Below, piece after piece: positions 50,467 through 59,346 of a stretch of 64,000 bases of DNA. Positions within the stretch are counted from its first letter, which is position 1, and each line of letters opens with the position of its first letter. A program made the position numbers and the translations under genes. The stretch is from an uncultured Chloroflexia bacterium (GTDB lineage: Bacteria; Chloroflexota; Limnocylindria; Limnocylindrales; CSP1-4), in assembly GCA_963746845.1 (NCBI GenBank), contig CAVVCZ010000005.1, positions 96,001 through 160,000 of the forward strand. Reading direction: 5' to 3'. The notes beneath the pieces were generated by a model that saw nothing but the letters and a program-made list of their open reading frames with translations, had not been told where the DNA came from and ran no database searches.

Positions 50467-50703
50467 TCACTTGTGGCGGATGACGAAGCGATAGGTCGCC
50501 CCGTCGGACGTGGACTCGAGCAGCTGATGCCCGGTCGTCCTCGACCAGGCATCGAAGTCGCGGACAGCGCCGGCGTCGGTCGCGAGGACCTCGACGACGT
50601 CGCCCGGCTGGACGGACCGCATCCCCTGTGCCGTCTTGACGATCGGCATCGGGCAGGTCAGTCCGCGCGCATCGATGAGCATCGCGATTGCGTAGACCGG
50701 CAT
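50467..50703 (-). CDS. tusA: TusA-family sulfur carrier
   Basis: DARGLTCPMPI...GDVVEVLATD.G..RDF.AW. Confidence 0.9.
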   Translation of the reverse strand: MPVYAIAMLIDARGLTCPMPIVKTAQGMRSVQPGDVVEVLATDAGAVRDFDAWSRTTGHQLLESTSDGATYRFVIRHK

Positions 50704-50715
50704 GAGGCCCTCCCT

Positions 50716-51129
50716 TCAGATGAACACGATCTGGCCGGTGCCGGCGGCATCGAGGAACGCGGTCACGCCTTCGACGCCATCGACGAGCGGATCCAGGTCG
50801 GACTGGTCGATGTCGAACAGGTCCATCGACAGCGAGCAGGCCTGGATGTCGACGTCGCCGATGTCCTTGGCGAGCCCGAGCGTCTCGCGCCACGGCGCCT
50901 GGCCGGCGGCCGCGAGCCGGCGGACGGCCGCCCGGCCGTCCGCCCCAGCCTCGGGCGCGAGCCCGTGATCGGCGTCGATCCGGTCGGCGCGGAAGGCGTC
51001 GACCGCCCAGTACTGGAGGAACAGGTGGACCGGGCGCCCGACCGCTGCGGCGCCGGCCGTCAGGACGGCCGCGGCCTGGAGCTTGTCGTCGGTGCCGGAG
51101 AAGAGCACCAGGTTGAGAGAGTCGACCAC
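50716..51129 (-). CDS. DsrE-family (peroxiredoxin-like) sulfurtransferase
   Basis: LVLFSGTDDKL, FLQYW, ACSLSMDL and GV.AFL motifs; GAGG RBS. Confidence 0.85.
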   Translation of the reverse strand: MVDSLNLVLFSGTDDKLQAAAVLTAGAAAVGRPVHLFLQYWAVDAFRADRIDADHGLAPEAGADGRAAVRRLAAAGQAPWRETLGLAKDIGDVDIQACSLSMDLFDIDQSDLDPLVDGVEGVTAFLDAAGTGQIVFI

Positions 51130-51290
51130 CGCACCACCTCGTTCGCCCCGAGCATCCTCAGCCGCGACGATCGCCGACAGTGCCTGCGGGCAGGGATCCC
51201 GAGGGCCATTCGGCACCTGAATCGGGGCCCGCCGACCCACGCTGGTCGGCGGGCCCTGGGTCCGCCTCGCTTCCCCCGCATGGGGATGGT

Positions 51291-51605
51291 TCAGGCGGAC
51301 ATCGTCCCGTGCGTGGTTCGGCTGCCGGTCAGGTACCTCGTGGCGACCGCCACGACGAGACCGACGACGAGTCCGCCGACGAGGGCCGGCACCAGCGCCA
51401 GGCCGTCGAAGACGGGTCCGGTGGCCTGCCAGGCGACGATGAACTCACTCGCCACGAGCGCCCCGATGCCGGCGGCGATCGCGTCGACGAGCCACTCGTA
51501 TGCGCTCTGCGCGCGTCCAACGAGCTGCACCAACACGCCGAAGACCAGTGCACCGACGACAAGGACAAACCAACCTGCCAGTCCGAGCGCGATGCTGAAC
51601 TCCAT
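51291..51605 (-). CDS. Small 3-TM membrane protein (GlsB/YeaQ-like)
   Basis: AGGAGG RBS; three Gly-rich hydrophobic helices. Confidence 0.65.
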   Translation of the reverse strand: MEFSIALGLAGWFVLVVGALVFGVLVQLVGRAQSAYEWLVDAIAAGIGALVASEFIVAWQATGPVFDGLALVPALVGGLVVGLVVAVATRYLTGSRTTHGTMSA

Positions 51606-51676
51606 CAAGGTCCTCCTTTCGCCCTGATCGTCTGCCGGCGACGACGTGGACGGAAGGGCTCAGTGAACCGTTCCGG

Positions 51677-52933
51677 TCAAGGCCATTCCGCCCGATCGGC
51701 TCGACGAAGCGGCAGGCCGGATGTCCGCCGGCGGCCCGCGCGCGGAAGAACTGCGCCCGAATGCGCCGCGGCGGCTCCTGATGCGGGGGGTGTGGTCGGG
51801 CTCGGCGCATCGGTGACCCTCGCGACGACCTGATCCGCGATCACGACGTCTTCCCGGGCCGTGATCCGCACGATGGCCGGCCCCGAGGTGGTTCCCTGGA
51901 CCCCGTCGCCGGCGCTGACGCGCTCCGGGCCGGCCGGGTTGCCGATCCGGAGGCGCTCGCCGATCCGGGTGCGAATGGTCGGCGCGTGCTCGCCGATCCC
52001 GCCGGTGAACACGATCGCGTCGAGCCGGGGCAGGCTGGTCGTGCTCGCGGCGATTCCTGCCGCCGCGCGACGCACGAACATCTCCAAGGCGAGCGTGGCA
52101 CCCGGCTCGCCGGCGGCCTCCAGCTCCAGGAGGCGCGCCATGTCGGCGGTGCCACCGATCGCGACGAGCCCGGAGCGGTGATCGAGATCCGCTTCGATGT
52201 CGGCCGCCGGATGCCCGTCCCGCAGGAGCCGGAAGATGATCCCCGGATCGATCGACCCGGCGCGGGTGCCCATCATCAGCCCCTCGAGCGGCGTCATCCC
52301 CATCGAGGTGTCGACCGACCGGCCGCCCTCGACCGCCGTGACCGAGCAGCCGCCGCCGAGGTGGGCGACGACGAGGCACAGGTCCTCGACCGGGCGGCCG
52401 AGCAGCTCCGCCGCCCGCCGTGTCGACCACGCGACCGACAGGCCGTGGAACCCGTACCGCCGGATCCCGGCCCGATCCCACGCGTCCGGCACGGGGTAGC
52501 GACGGGCGGCCTCGGGCAGGGTCGCGTGGAAGGCGGTGTCGAAGCCGGCGATCTGGGGGACGTCCGGCAGCAGTCGACGCGAGGCCCGCATCGTCGCGAC
52601 GGCGAGGGGGTTGTGCAGGGGCGCCAGGTCATCAAGCGACTCGATCGCCGCGATCACCTCGTCGTCCAGCCCGACGGGACCGGTGAACCGGCTTCCACCA
52701 TGGACGACCCGGTGGCCGACCCCGTCGATCGGCCCGCCCGCAGCCTCCACGACCGTGCGGACCGTCGCCGACACCCGGTCCGCCGTGTCCGCAGCGCCCG
52801 AAGCGTCCGTCGCGTCGGTCGCGTCCGACGCGACCCAGTCGACCGTCCGATCGAACGAACGCGGCCGGTCGGGCGGCTCGATCACGCTCGCCTTCAGGTT
52901 CGACGAGCCGGCGTTCAGGACGAGGATGCGCAT
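51677..52933 (-). CDS. ackA: Acetate/propionate kinase
   Basis: NAGSS, GHRVVHGG, APLHN, FDTAFH, YGFHG, TSMG.TPLEG and FTGGIGE motifs. Confidence 0.92.
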   Translation of the reverse strand: MRILVLNAGSSNLKASVIEPPDRPRSFDRTVDWVASDATDATDASGAADTADRVSATVRTVVEAAGGPIDGVGHRVVHGGSRFTGPVGLDDEVIAAIESLDDLAPLHNPLAVATMRASRRLLPDVPQIAGFDTAFHATLPEAARRYPVPDAWDRAGIRRYGFHGLSVAWSTRRAAELLGRPVEDLCLVVAHLGGGCSVTAVEGGRSVDTSMGMTPLEGLMMGTRAGSIDPGIIFRLLRDGHPAADIEADLDHRSGLVAIGGTADMARLLELEAAGEPGATLALEMFVRRAAAGIAASTTSLPRLDAIVFTGGIGEHAPTIRTRIGERLRIGNPAGPERVSAGDGVQGTTSGPAIVRITAREDVVIADQVVARVTDAPSPTTPPASGAAAAHSGAVLPRAGRRRTSGLPLRRADRAEWP

Positions 52934-52952
52934 CGGGAGCCTCCGACGAGCG

Positions 52953-55310
52953 TCAGCCGGGCCACTGCCAGTCGCGGATGTCGGGCGGATCCTCCCCGAA
53001 CTCGCGTGCGTAGGCCCGCGCGCGCAGGCGTTCGTCCTCGAGATGCTGGCGGAGCGATGCCGCGTGGGACCCGAGGCCCGGCACGCGGTCGATCACGTCG
53101 AGCGCGAGATGGAAGCGATCGAGGTCGTTCCGCATCACCATGTCGAACGGAGTCGTGACCGTTCCCTCCTCCTTGTACCCGCGGACGTGCAGGTTCGCGT
53201 GGTTCGTGCGCCGGTAGGTCAGGCGATGGATGAGCCACGGGTAGCCGTGGTACGCGAAGATCACCGGTCGATCGGTCGTGAACAGGGCGTCGAACTCCTG
53301 CCCGGGCAGGCCATGCGGATGCTCGCCCTCGTCCATGAGGCGCATGAGGTCGACGACGTTCACGACGCGCACCCGGAGGTCGGGCAGGTTCCGGCGCAGG
53401 ATCGCCACGGCCGCGAGCGTCTCGAGCGTGGGCACGTCGCCGCAGCACGCGAGCACGACGTCCGGCGAGCCGTCGTCGTTGCTCGCCCAGTCCCAGATTC
53501 CGATGCCCCGCGTGCAGTGGAGGACCGCCTCGTCCATCGTCAGGTAGTCGAGCGCGGGCTGCTTTCCGGCGACGATGACATTGACGTAGTTGCGGCTGCG
53601 CAGGCAGTGGTCGGCGACCGACAGGAGGCAGTTCGCGTCGGGCGGGAGGTAGACCCGGATGACCTCGGCCTTCTTGTTGACGACGTGGTCGATGAAGCCG
53701 GGATCCTGGTGGCTGAACCCGTTGTGGTCCTGGCGCCAGACGTGGCTCGTGAGCAGGTAGTTCAGCGACGCGATCTCGCGTCGCCACGGGATCTCGCGCG
53801 TCATCTTCAGCCACTTCGCGTGCTGGTTGAACATCGAGTCGATGACGTGGATGAAGGCCTCGTAGCAGTCGAACAGGCCGTGGCGGCCGGTGAGCAGATA
53901 GCCCTCGAGCCAGCCCTGACACAGGTGCTCGGACAGGACCTCGAGCACCCGGCCCGACGGAGCGAGGTGTTCGTCCGTGGGCCGGAGCTCCCCCATCCAG
54001 GCGCGATCCGTCGCCTCGAACACCGCGTCCAGCCGGTTCGACGCCGTCTCGTCCGGACCGAAGATCCGGAAGGTCGTCGGGTTCTGGCGGATCACGTCGC
54101 GCAGCCATGAGCCGAGCACCCTGGTCGCCTCGGTCGTACCGGCCCCGGGCGATGGAACATCCACGCCGTACCGTCGGAAGTCGGGCAACCGCAGCTCGCG
54201 CAGCAGGAGTCCGCCATTCGCATGCGGGTTCGCGCTCATCCGTCGCGGCCCGGTGGGAGCCAGCTCCAGGATCTCGTCCCGTGGCCGGCCCGCGTCGTCG
54301 AAGAGCTCGTCGGGCCGGTAGGAGCGCAGCCAGGTCTCGAGCTGGGCGAGATGCTCCGGGTTCGTCCGGACCGCCGCGAGCGGCACCTGGTGGGAGCGCC
54401 ACGTCCCCTCGGTCGGCAGGCCATCGACGACCTTCGGTCCGGTCCAGCCCTTGGGCGTCCGCAGGACGATCATCGGCCAGGTCGGACGCTCGGTGCTGCC
54501 GTCTCGGGCCGCGGCCTTGATCGCCGCGACGTCGTCCATGACGGCATCCATCGTCGCGGCCATGACCGCGTGGACCGTCATGGGATCGTCGCCGGCCACG
54601 ATCCGCGGGGCGTACCCGTAGCCCTCGAGCAGGCGGATCAGCTCGTCGTCGCCGATCCGGTCGAGGATCGTCGGGTTGGCGATCTTGTAGCCGTTCAGGG
54701 CGAGGATCGGGACGACCGTGCCGTCGACCGCCGGATTCAGGAACTTGTTCGAGTGCCAGCTCGCGGCCAGGGGCCCGGTCTCGGCCTCGCCGTCGCCGAC
54801 GACGCAGAAGACGACGAGGTCGGGGTTGTCGAAGGCCGCGCCGAATGCGTGGACGAGCGCGTAGCCAAGCTCGCCGCCCTCGTGGATCGACCCGGGCGTT
54901 TCCGGCGTGACGTGGCTGCCGATCCCGCCCGGGAACGAGAACCGCCGGAACAGATGGCGGAGGCCGGCCTCGTCGAAGGTGAGCGACGAGTCGACCTCCG
55001 CGGCCGTTCCCTCGAGATACGCGTTGGCGACGGCCGCGGGCCCGCCGTGGCCCGGTCCGACGATCCAGATCGCGTCGAGGTCGCGGGCCTTGATGACCCG
55101 GCTCGCGTGGGCATAGACGAGGTTCAGCCCCGGGGTCGTCCCCCAGTGGCCGAGAAGGCGCGGCTTGACGTGCTCCGCGGCGAGCGGCTCCTTCAGGAGC
55201 GGGTTCGCGAGCAGGTAGATCTGGCCGACCGACAGGTAGTTGGCCGCCCGCCACCAGGCGTCGAGCAGTGCGAACTCCGCCGGCGCCATCGTCATCGTTC
55301 GCTCGCTCAT
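52953..55310 (-). CDS. xfp: Phosphoketolase (xylulose-5-P / fructose-6-P)
   Basis: [40 protein letters not shown] and EEGT.TTP motifs. Confidence 0.95.
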   Translation of the reverse strand: MSERTMTMAPAEFALLDAWWRAANYLSVGQIYLLANPLLKEPLAAEHVKPRLLGHWGTTPGLNLVYAHASRVIKARDLDAIWIVGPGHGGPAAVANAYLEGTAAEVDSSLTFDEAGLRHLFRRFSFPGGIGSHVTPETPGSIHEGGELGYALVHAFGAAFDNPDLVVFCVVGDGEAETGPLAASWHSNKFLNPAVDGTVVPILALNGYKIANPTILDRIGDDELIRLLEGYGYAPRIVAGDDPMTVHAVMAATMDAVMDDVAAIKAAARDGSTERPTWPMIVLRTPKGWTGPKVVDGLPTEGTWRSHQVPLAAVRTNPEHLAQLETWLRSYRPDELFDDAGRPRDEILELAPTGPRRMSANPHANGGLLLRELRLPDFRRYGVDVPSPGAGTTEATRVLGSWLRDVIRQNPTTFRIFGPDETASNRLDAVFEATDRAWMGELRPTDEHLAPSGRVLEVLSEHLCQGWLEGYLLTGRHGLFDCYEAFIHVIDSMFNQHAKWLKMTREIPWRREIASLNYLLTSHVWRQDHNGFSHQDPGFIDHVVNKKAEVIRVYLPPDANCLLSVADHCLRSRNYVNVIVAGKQPALDYLTMDEAVLHCTRGIGIWDWASNDDGSPDVVLACCGDVPTLETLAAVAILRRNLPDLRVRVVNVVDLMRLMDEGEHPHGLPGQEFDALFTTDRPVIFAYHGYPWLIHRLTYRRTNHANLHVRGYKEEGTVTTPFDMVMRNDLDRFHLALDVIDRVPGLGSHAASLRQHLEDERLRARAYAREFGEDPPDIRDWQWPG

Positions 55311-55433
55311 CGACGGTCCCCTCCGGCTGGATCGGCGGCTCCGGGAATCCGGCGCGCCCGACGGAAGTATCCGCCGGGCGGTGGTCTCGGTCGCGGTTGG
55401 CGGGAGCGCCGGTCGCGCTGCGACCGGCGTTGG

Positions 55434-55541
55434 TCAGCTCGGCGTCTCGGCGCGGTGCGACATCCGCACGAACAGGCGGCTCGCGATGACGGCGATGAAG
55501 GTCATGCCGATGGACAGGGCGATCGGGATCAGGATCTTCAT
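55434..55541 (-). CDS. 35-aa single-TM small protein upstream of xfp
   Basis: GGAGG RBS; MKILIPIALSIGMTFIAVIASRLFVRMSHRAETPS. Confidence 0.55.
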   Translation of the reverse strand: MKILIPIALSIGMTFIAVIASRLFVRMSHRAETPS

Positions 55542-55810
55542 GGATGGTCCTCCGTGGCTCCCGTCTGGAGCCTGGACGCTCAGCCTGAGCCCCACCGTCG
55601 GCGACGCCCACGGCCGTTCGTCGTCTCGACGCGGGCCGTTCGGCATGGCGCCGCCTGTTGCCCCCGGTCAGCGGGCCGCTTGTGACCCCGATTCGTGATC
55701 TCGGGATCGTGTCGCACCGCGGGCATCGGAGCACGATGACAGGTCCGTCGCGTACCCTCTGGGCAGCCGTCGACGGTCGGCGGTCTCTCCGGAGGTGTGC
55801 CTTGGATCCC

Positions 55811-56065
55811 ATGAGCGACGCTCGACGGCTCGCGTCGATCGCCTCGGTCTTCATCCTGCTCGGCTGGGTTGCCGTCATCTACGCCCTGGTCGCGGGAGCG
55901 ATCTGGTGGTGGCAGCTCGCAACCGGTCCCGCATTCAACTTCCTCGAGGCATTCGCGATCTCGGCTGCCGCGATCGGCACACCGATCTTCCTCGCCCTCA
56001 TCGTGGCCGGCTTCGGCTACGCGCTGCGGCTGTTCGCGCTGTACGTCGCCAGCAAGACCCAGTAG
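55811..56065 (+). CDS. Small two-TM membrane protein
   Basis: Two hydrophobic helices; codon use typical of the window. Confidence 0.65.
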   Translation: MSDARRLASIASVFILLGWVAVIYALVAGAIWWWQLATGPAFNFLEAFAISAAAIGTPIFLALIVAGFGYALRLFALYVASKTQ

Positions 56066-56084
56066 TCCGATCGGGGCCATCCGC

Positions 56085-57530
56085 ATGTCCTTCCGGCGCG
56101 CCGTCACGGCGATCCTGCTCAGCGTATTCGTCGCCTCGTGCGCCAATGTCGCCGGCTCGGGCGGCCAGCTCGAGGGCATCCAGTGGGTCCTCCACTCGTA
56201 TGCGCAGGGCGGGACGCTGACGATCGTCCCGGAGACGATCTTTGCGGACGCCACGTTCGAGAGCAACATCGTCGGCGGCCGGGCCGGCTGCAACACGTTC
56301 CGGGCGCTGTACCAGTCCGGCTCCCGGACCCTGCTGATCTCCCAGCCCGCGACGACCCTCATGGCCTGCGACCAGCCGACGATGGACTTCGCGCAGACGT
56401 ATCTCGCCCTCCTGCAGTCGAGCCGCTTCTACACCGCCCGCAACGAGACGCTGACGGTGTATGACAGCCTCGGCTCGCCGGCTCTCGTCTACGACGCCGC
56501 CCCGCGCAACCCGCTCCTCGGTCGCTGGGACGTGGACTCGTACCTCGTCCCGCCGTCGACGGTCACCGCGCCGCTCGCGGGGACGCAGCTCGACGTGGTC
56601 TTCGGGATCGCGAGCATCGGCGGTTCGTCCGGCTGCAACACGTTCACCGGGACCTATGGCACGAACGGCAACGCCGTCCGGATCAGCCCGCTCGCGACCA
56701 CCCGGCTCGCCTGCGACCAGGCGGTCATGGACCAGGAGACCGCATTCCTGACGGCCCTCCAGGGCGTGTCCTTCATCGACTACCGCGGCAGCACGGTCCT
56801 CCTGACCGATCGAAACGGCTCGCTGGTCGTCGGCCTGACACGGCCAGTGGCGGAAGCGGAGGCATCGCCCAGCCCGTCCGCGAGCAGCGTCCCGGTCGCA
56901 TCGGCCACACCGAAGCCTTCCGCGTCGCCGAAGCCGAGCGCGAGCCCGACCCCGACACCGTCGCCCACGCCCTCGCCGACGCCGGCTCCGACGAAGACGC
57001 CGGCAGCCAGCGCGCCGCCTCCGCTCCCCTCGATCCCACCGCTGCCACCCACGGCGACGTGTGAACTGATGCCGGCTGCCGGTGGTCCCGCCGTTGCGAA
57101 GCTCTTGTACCCCGGCACCTGGAACACCGTGACGACGCCGGCGAACCTCGTCTGCCGCTACTTCGATCCAGAGCCGATCACCGTCCCCAGCGACCCGACA
57201 ACCCTCAAGACGGCCGTCATGGCGAACGTCCTGGCAACTCCCTATGCGGACGCCGTGGCGGCCGCGACGAACCCGACCAACTGGACGGTGGCGCGACAGG
57301 GGTCATCGATCGTGAGCGGAACGCCGTTCACCTGCGTCGACGCGACGGCAAAGGTCGCCACGGCCGGCGTGCCGGTTGGCTCGTCGGCCTTCTCGTGCCT
57401 CGTCAACGTGGGTGCGGCAGGGACGGTGGTCCTCCAGACCGTCGGCACGGCCGGCGACCCCGTCTACGAGGAGAACGGCGCGATCGTCTCGCTGATGACC
57501 GGGTCGTCGACGTTCACGCCGACGACATGA
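56085..57530 (+). CDS. Lipoprotein with tandem META (HslJ-like) domains, a Pro/Ser/Thr linker and an unknown C-terminal domain
   Basis: Lipobox VASC; G.AGCN..TLMAC and GSSGCN...TRLAC META motifs. Confidence 0.82.
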   Translation: MSFRRAVTAILLSVFVASCANVAGSGGQLEGIQWVLHSYAQGGTLTIVPETIFADATFESNIVGGRAGCNTFRALYQSGSRTLLISQPATTLMACDQPTMDFAQTYLALLQSSRFYTARNETLTVYDSLGSPALVYDAAPRNPLLGRWDVDSYLVPPSTVTAPLAGTQLDVVFGIASIGGSSGCNTFTGTYGTNGNAVRISPLATTRLACDQAVMDQETAFLTALQGVSFIDYRGSTVLLTDRNGSLVVGLTRPVAEAEASPSPSASSVPVASATPKPSASPKPSASPTPTPSPTPSPTPAPTKTPAASAPPPLPSIPPLPPTATCELMPAAGGPAVAKLLYPGTWNTVTTPANLVCRYFDPEPITVPSDPTTLKTAVMANVLATPYADAVAAATNPTNWTVARQGSSIVSGTPFTCVDATAKVATAGVPVGSSAFSCLVNVGAAGTVVLQTVGTAGDPVYEENGAIVSLMTGSSTFTPTT

Positions 57531-57587
57531 GCGGGGGGCGGTCGTTGCCGTCCCGCCGCATCCGGCGCTAGACTCGGGGCCTCCCGA

Positions 57588-57663
57588 GCGGGAGTAACTC
57601 AGTTGGCAGAGTGTCAGCTTCCCAAGCTGAATGTCGCGGGTTCGAACCCCGTCTCCCGCTCCA
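57588..57663 (+). tRNA. tRNA-Gly (anticodon CCC)
   Basis: GCGGGAG/CTCCCGC acceptor stem, TCAGC-TTCCCAA-GCTGA anticodon arm, GGTTCGAA T-loop, encoded CCA. Confidence 0.97.
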
Positions 57664-57949
57664 CTTCCCTCTCCTGATCGGCCCCTGAGCTCCGAACCGT
57701 GCCTGCGGGCCGCCGATTCGCGCGTTTGCAGCCTCCGGACGGATTCGCAGTAGAGTGCCTGTGCTGCCTGATCGACGCGCCGAGTGGCGTCGGTGGACGA
57801 TCGATCGAGCCAGCATCCCCTCGGACGCCCGTCGATCGGTCTGCCGATTCGCGCGTCGAGGTGACCAGCGTCTTGGGCATTCGCTGAGGGAGGAAGGCTG
57901 TGCGCCAGCGCGCCTGAAGCCCATCGAGACGCCCGTCTACAGTACGACC

Positions 57950-59149
57950 GTGGAGACGTACGACCTGGCCGAAGCCGCCGAGCGGAGCGGGAGCACCGTC
58001 GACGAGCTGTCCGGGCTGGTCGAGCTGGGGATCCTCACGCCGGACCCGGATGGAGCGTTCACCCCCGGCCAGGTCCGTCGCGCGGACATCGTCCAGAGCC
58101 TCACCGCCGCCGGCATCCCGCTCGAGGGTCTCGGCGCGGCCATCCGGAGCGGCCATGTCTCCCTGGACTTCCTCGACGCGTCGGCGTTCGACCGGTTCTC
58201 GACCTTCAGCGGGGAGACCTTCGCCGAGGCCGCCCGGCGGACGAATATGCCGGTGGACCTCCTCATGTTCATCCGCGAGGCCGCCGGCGGTGCGATCCCG
58301 GGGCCTGACGATCGAATCCGCGAGGAGGAGATGCCGATGGTCGACCTGATCGAAACCGCAGCTCGTGGAGTGATCCGCCCGGCGGCCATCCAGCAGATGA
58401 TCCGCACCCAGGGCGACAGCCTCCGGCGCGTCGCGGAAACCGAGTCGGCGATGTGGCAGGCCGAGGTGATCGGGCCGGCCATGCAGCGCGGGGTGCGTCC
58501 CGACGAGATCCTCGGCGGCGACCTCGGCGATCGGATGAGCGCGTTGACCGAGCGATCGGTGATCGCGATGTATCACCTCCAGCAGACGCACGCGTGGACG
58601 ACGAACATCATCGAAGGCCTCGAGTTCCAGCTGGCCGCCGCCGGTCTGCACAGTCGCCTGGAGCATCCGCCGGCGATGTGCTTCCTCGACATCACCGGCT
58701 ACACCCGCCTCACCCAGGAGCGCGGCGACGCCGCTGCGGCGGACCTCGCCGAGCGGCTGGGCCGGGTCGTCAACCGGACCTCGGTGGCCCAGGGCGGCCG
58801 GGCCGTGAAGTGGCTCGGCGACGGCGTGATGCTCCACTTCCCGATCCCGGGACACGGGGTGCTTGCGGCCCTCGACATGATCGACGGCATCGAGGCAGCC
58901 GGACTTCCGCCCGCCCACGTCGGCCTGCATGCCGGGCCGGTGATCTTCCAGGAGGGCGACTACTACGGCCAGACCGTCAACCTGGCCTCCCGGATCGCCG
59001 ACTACGCGCAGGCCGGCGAGGTCTTCGTGAGCCAGGCCGTGGTCGATGCCGCCGCCGGGACGGCGGTCGCGTTCCGCGAGGTCGGCCCCGTCGAGCTCAA
59101 GGGCGTCATGGGGCCGACGCTCGTGTTTGCCGCCGAGCGGCCCGGCTGA
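57950..59149 (+). CDS. Class III adenylate cyclase with an N-terminal MerR-like/regulatory region
   Basis: FLDITGYT, VKWLGDG and GDYYGQTVNLASR motifs; leaderless TACAGT. Confidence 0.87.
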   Translation: METYDLAEAAERSGSTVDELSGLVELGILTPDPDGAFTPGQVRRADIVQSLTAAGIPLEGLGAAIRSGHVSLDFLDASAFDRFSTFSGETFAEAARRTNMPVDLLMFIREAAGGAIPGPDDRIREEEMPMVDLIETAARGVIRPAAIQQMIRTQGDSLRRVAETESAMWQAEVIGPAMQRGVRPDEILGGDLGDRMSALTERSVIAMYHLQQTHAWTTNIIEGLEFQLAAAGLHSRLEHPPAMCFLDITGYTRLTQERGDAAAADLAERLGRVVNRTSVAQGGRAVKWLGDGVMLHFPIPGHGVLAALDMIDGIEAAGLPPAHVGLHAGPVIFQEGDYYGQTVNLASRIADYAQAGEVFVSQAVVDAAAGTAVAFREVGPVELKGVMGPTLVFAAERPG

Positions 59150-59346
59150 GCGGGGCTCTTCAACGGCCGGTCCCTCCGCCGGTCTGGATCAGGACGGTTC
59201 TTCAGTTGTGTGCGCAGCGGCAGGACACGGACGGCGCACACCGCGCGTGAGATCCGGGGGCCGACCCTACTCTTGACCGTCGAGGCTTCGACTACAGTGC
59301 CGTCGAGCGCAACCGACGACCCGGCGATGGCTGGAGGAGATATCGA

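Noticed and set aside
51677-51830. C-terminal extension of AckA as an extra domain
   Set aside because: Low-complexity tail running into the next promoter; more likely stop-codon loss or an indel
59273-59298. TTGACC...TACAGT promoter before the MFS gene
   Set aside because: Spacer is only 14 bp; the -10 may be real but the -35 pairing is unsupported
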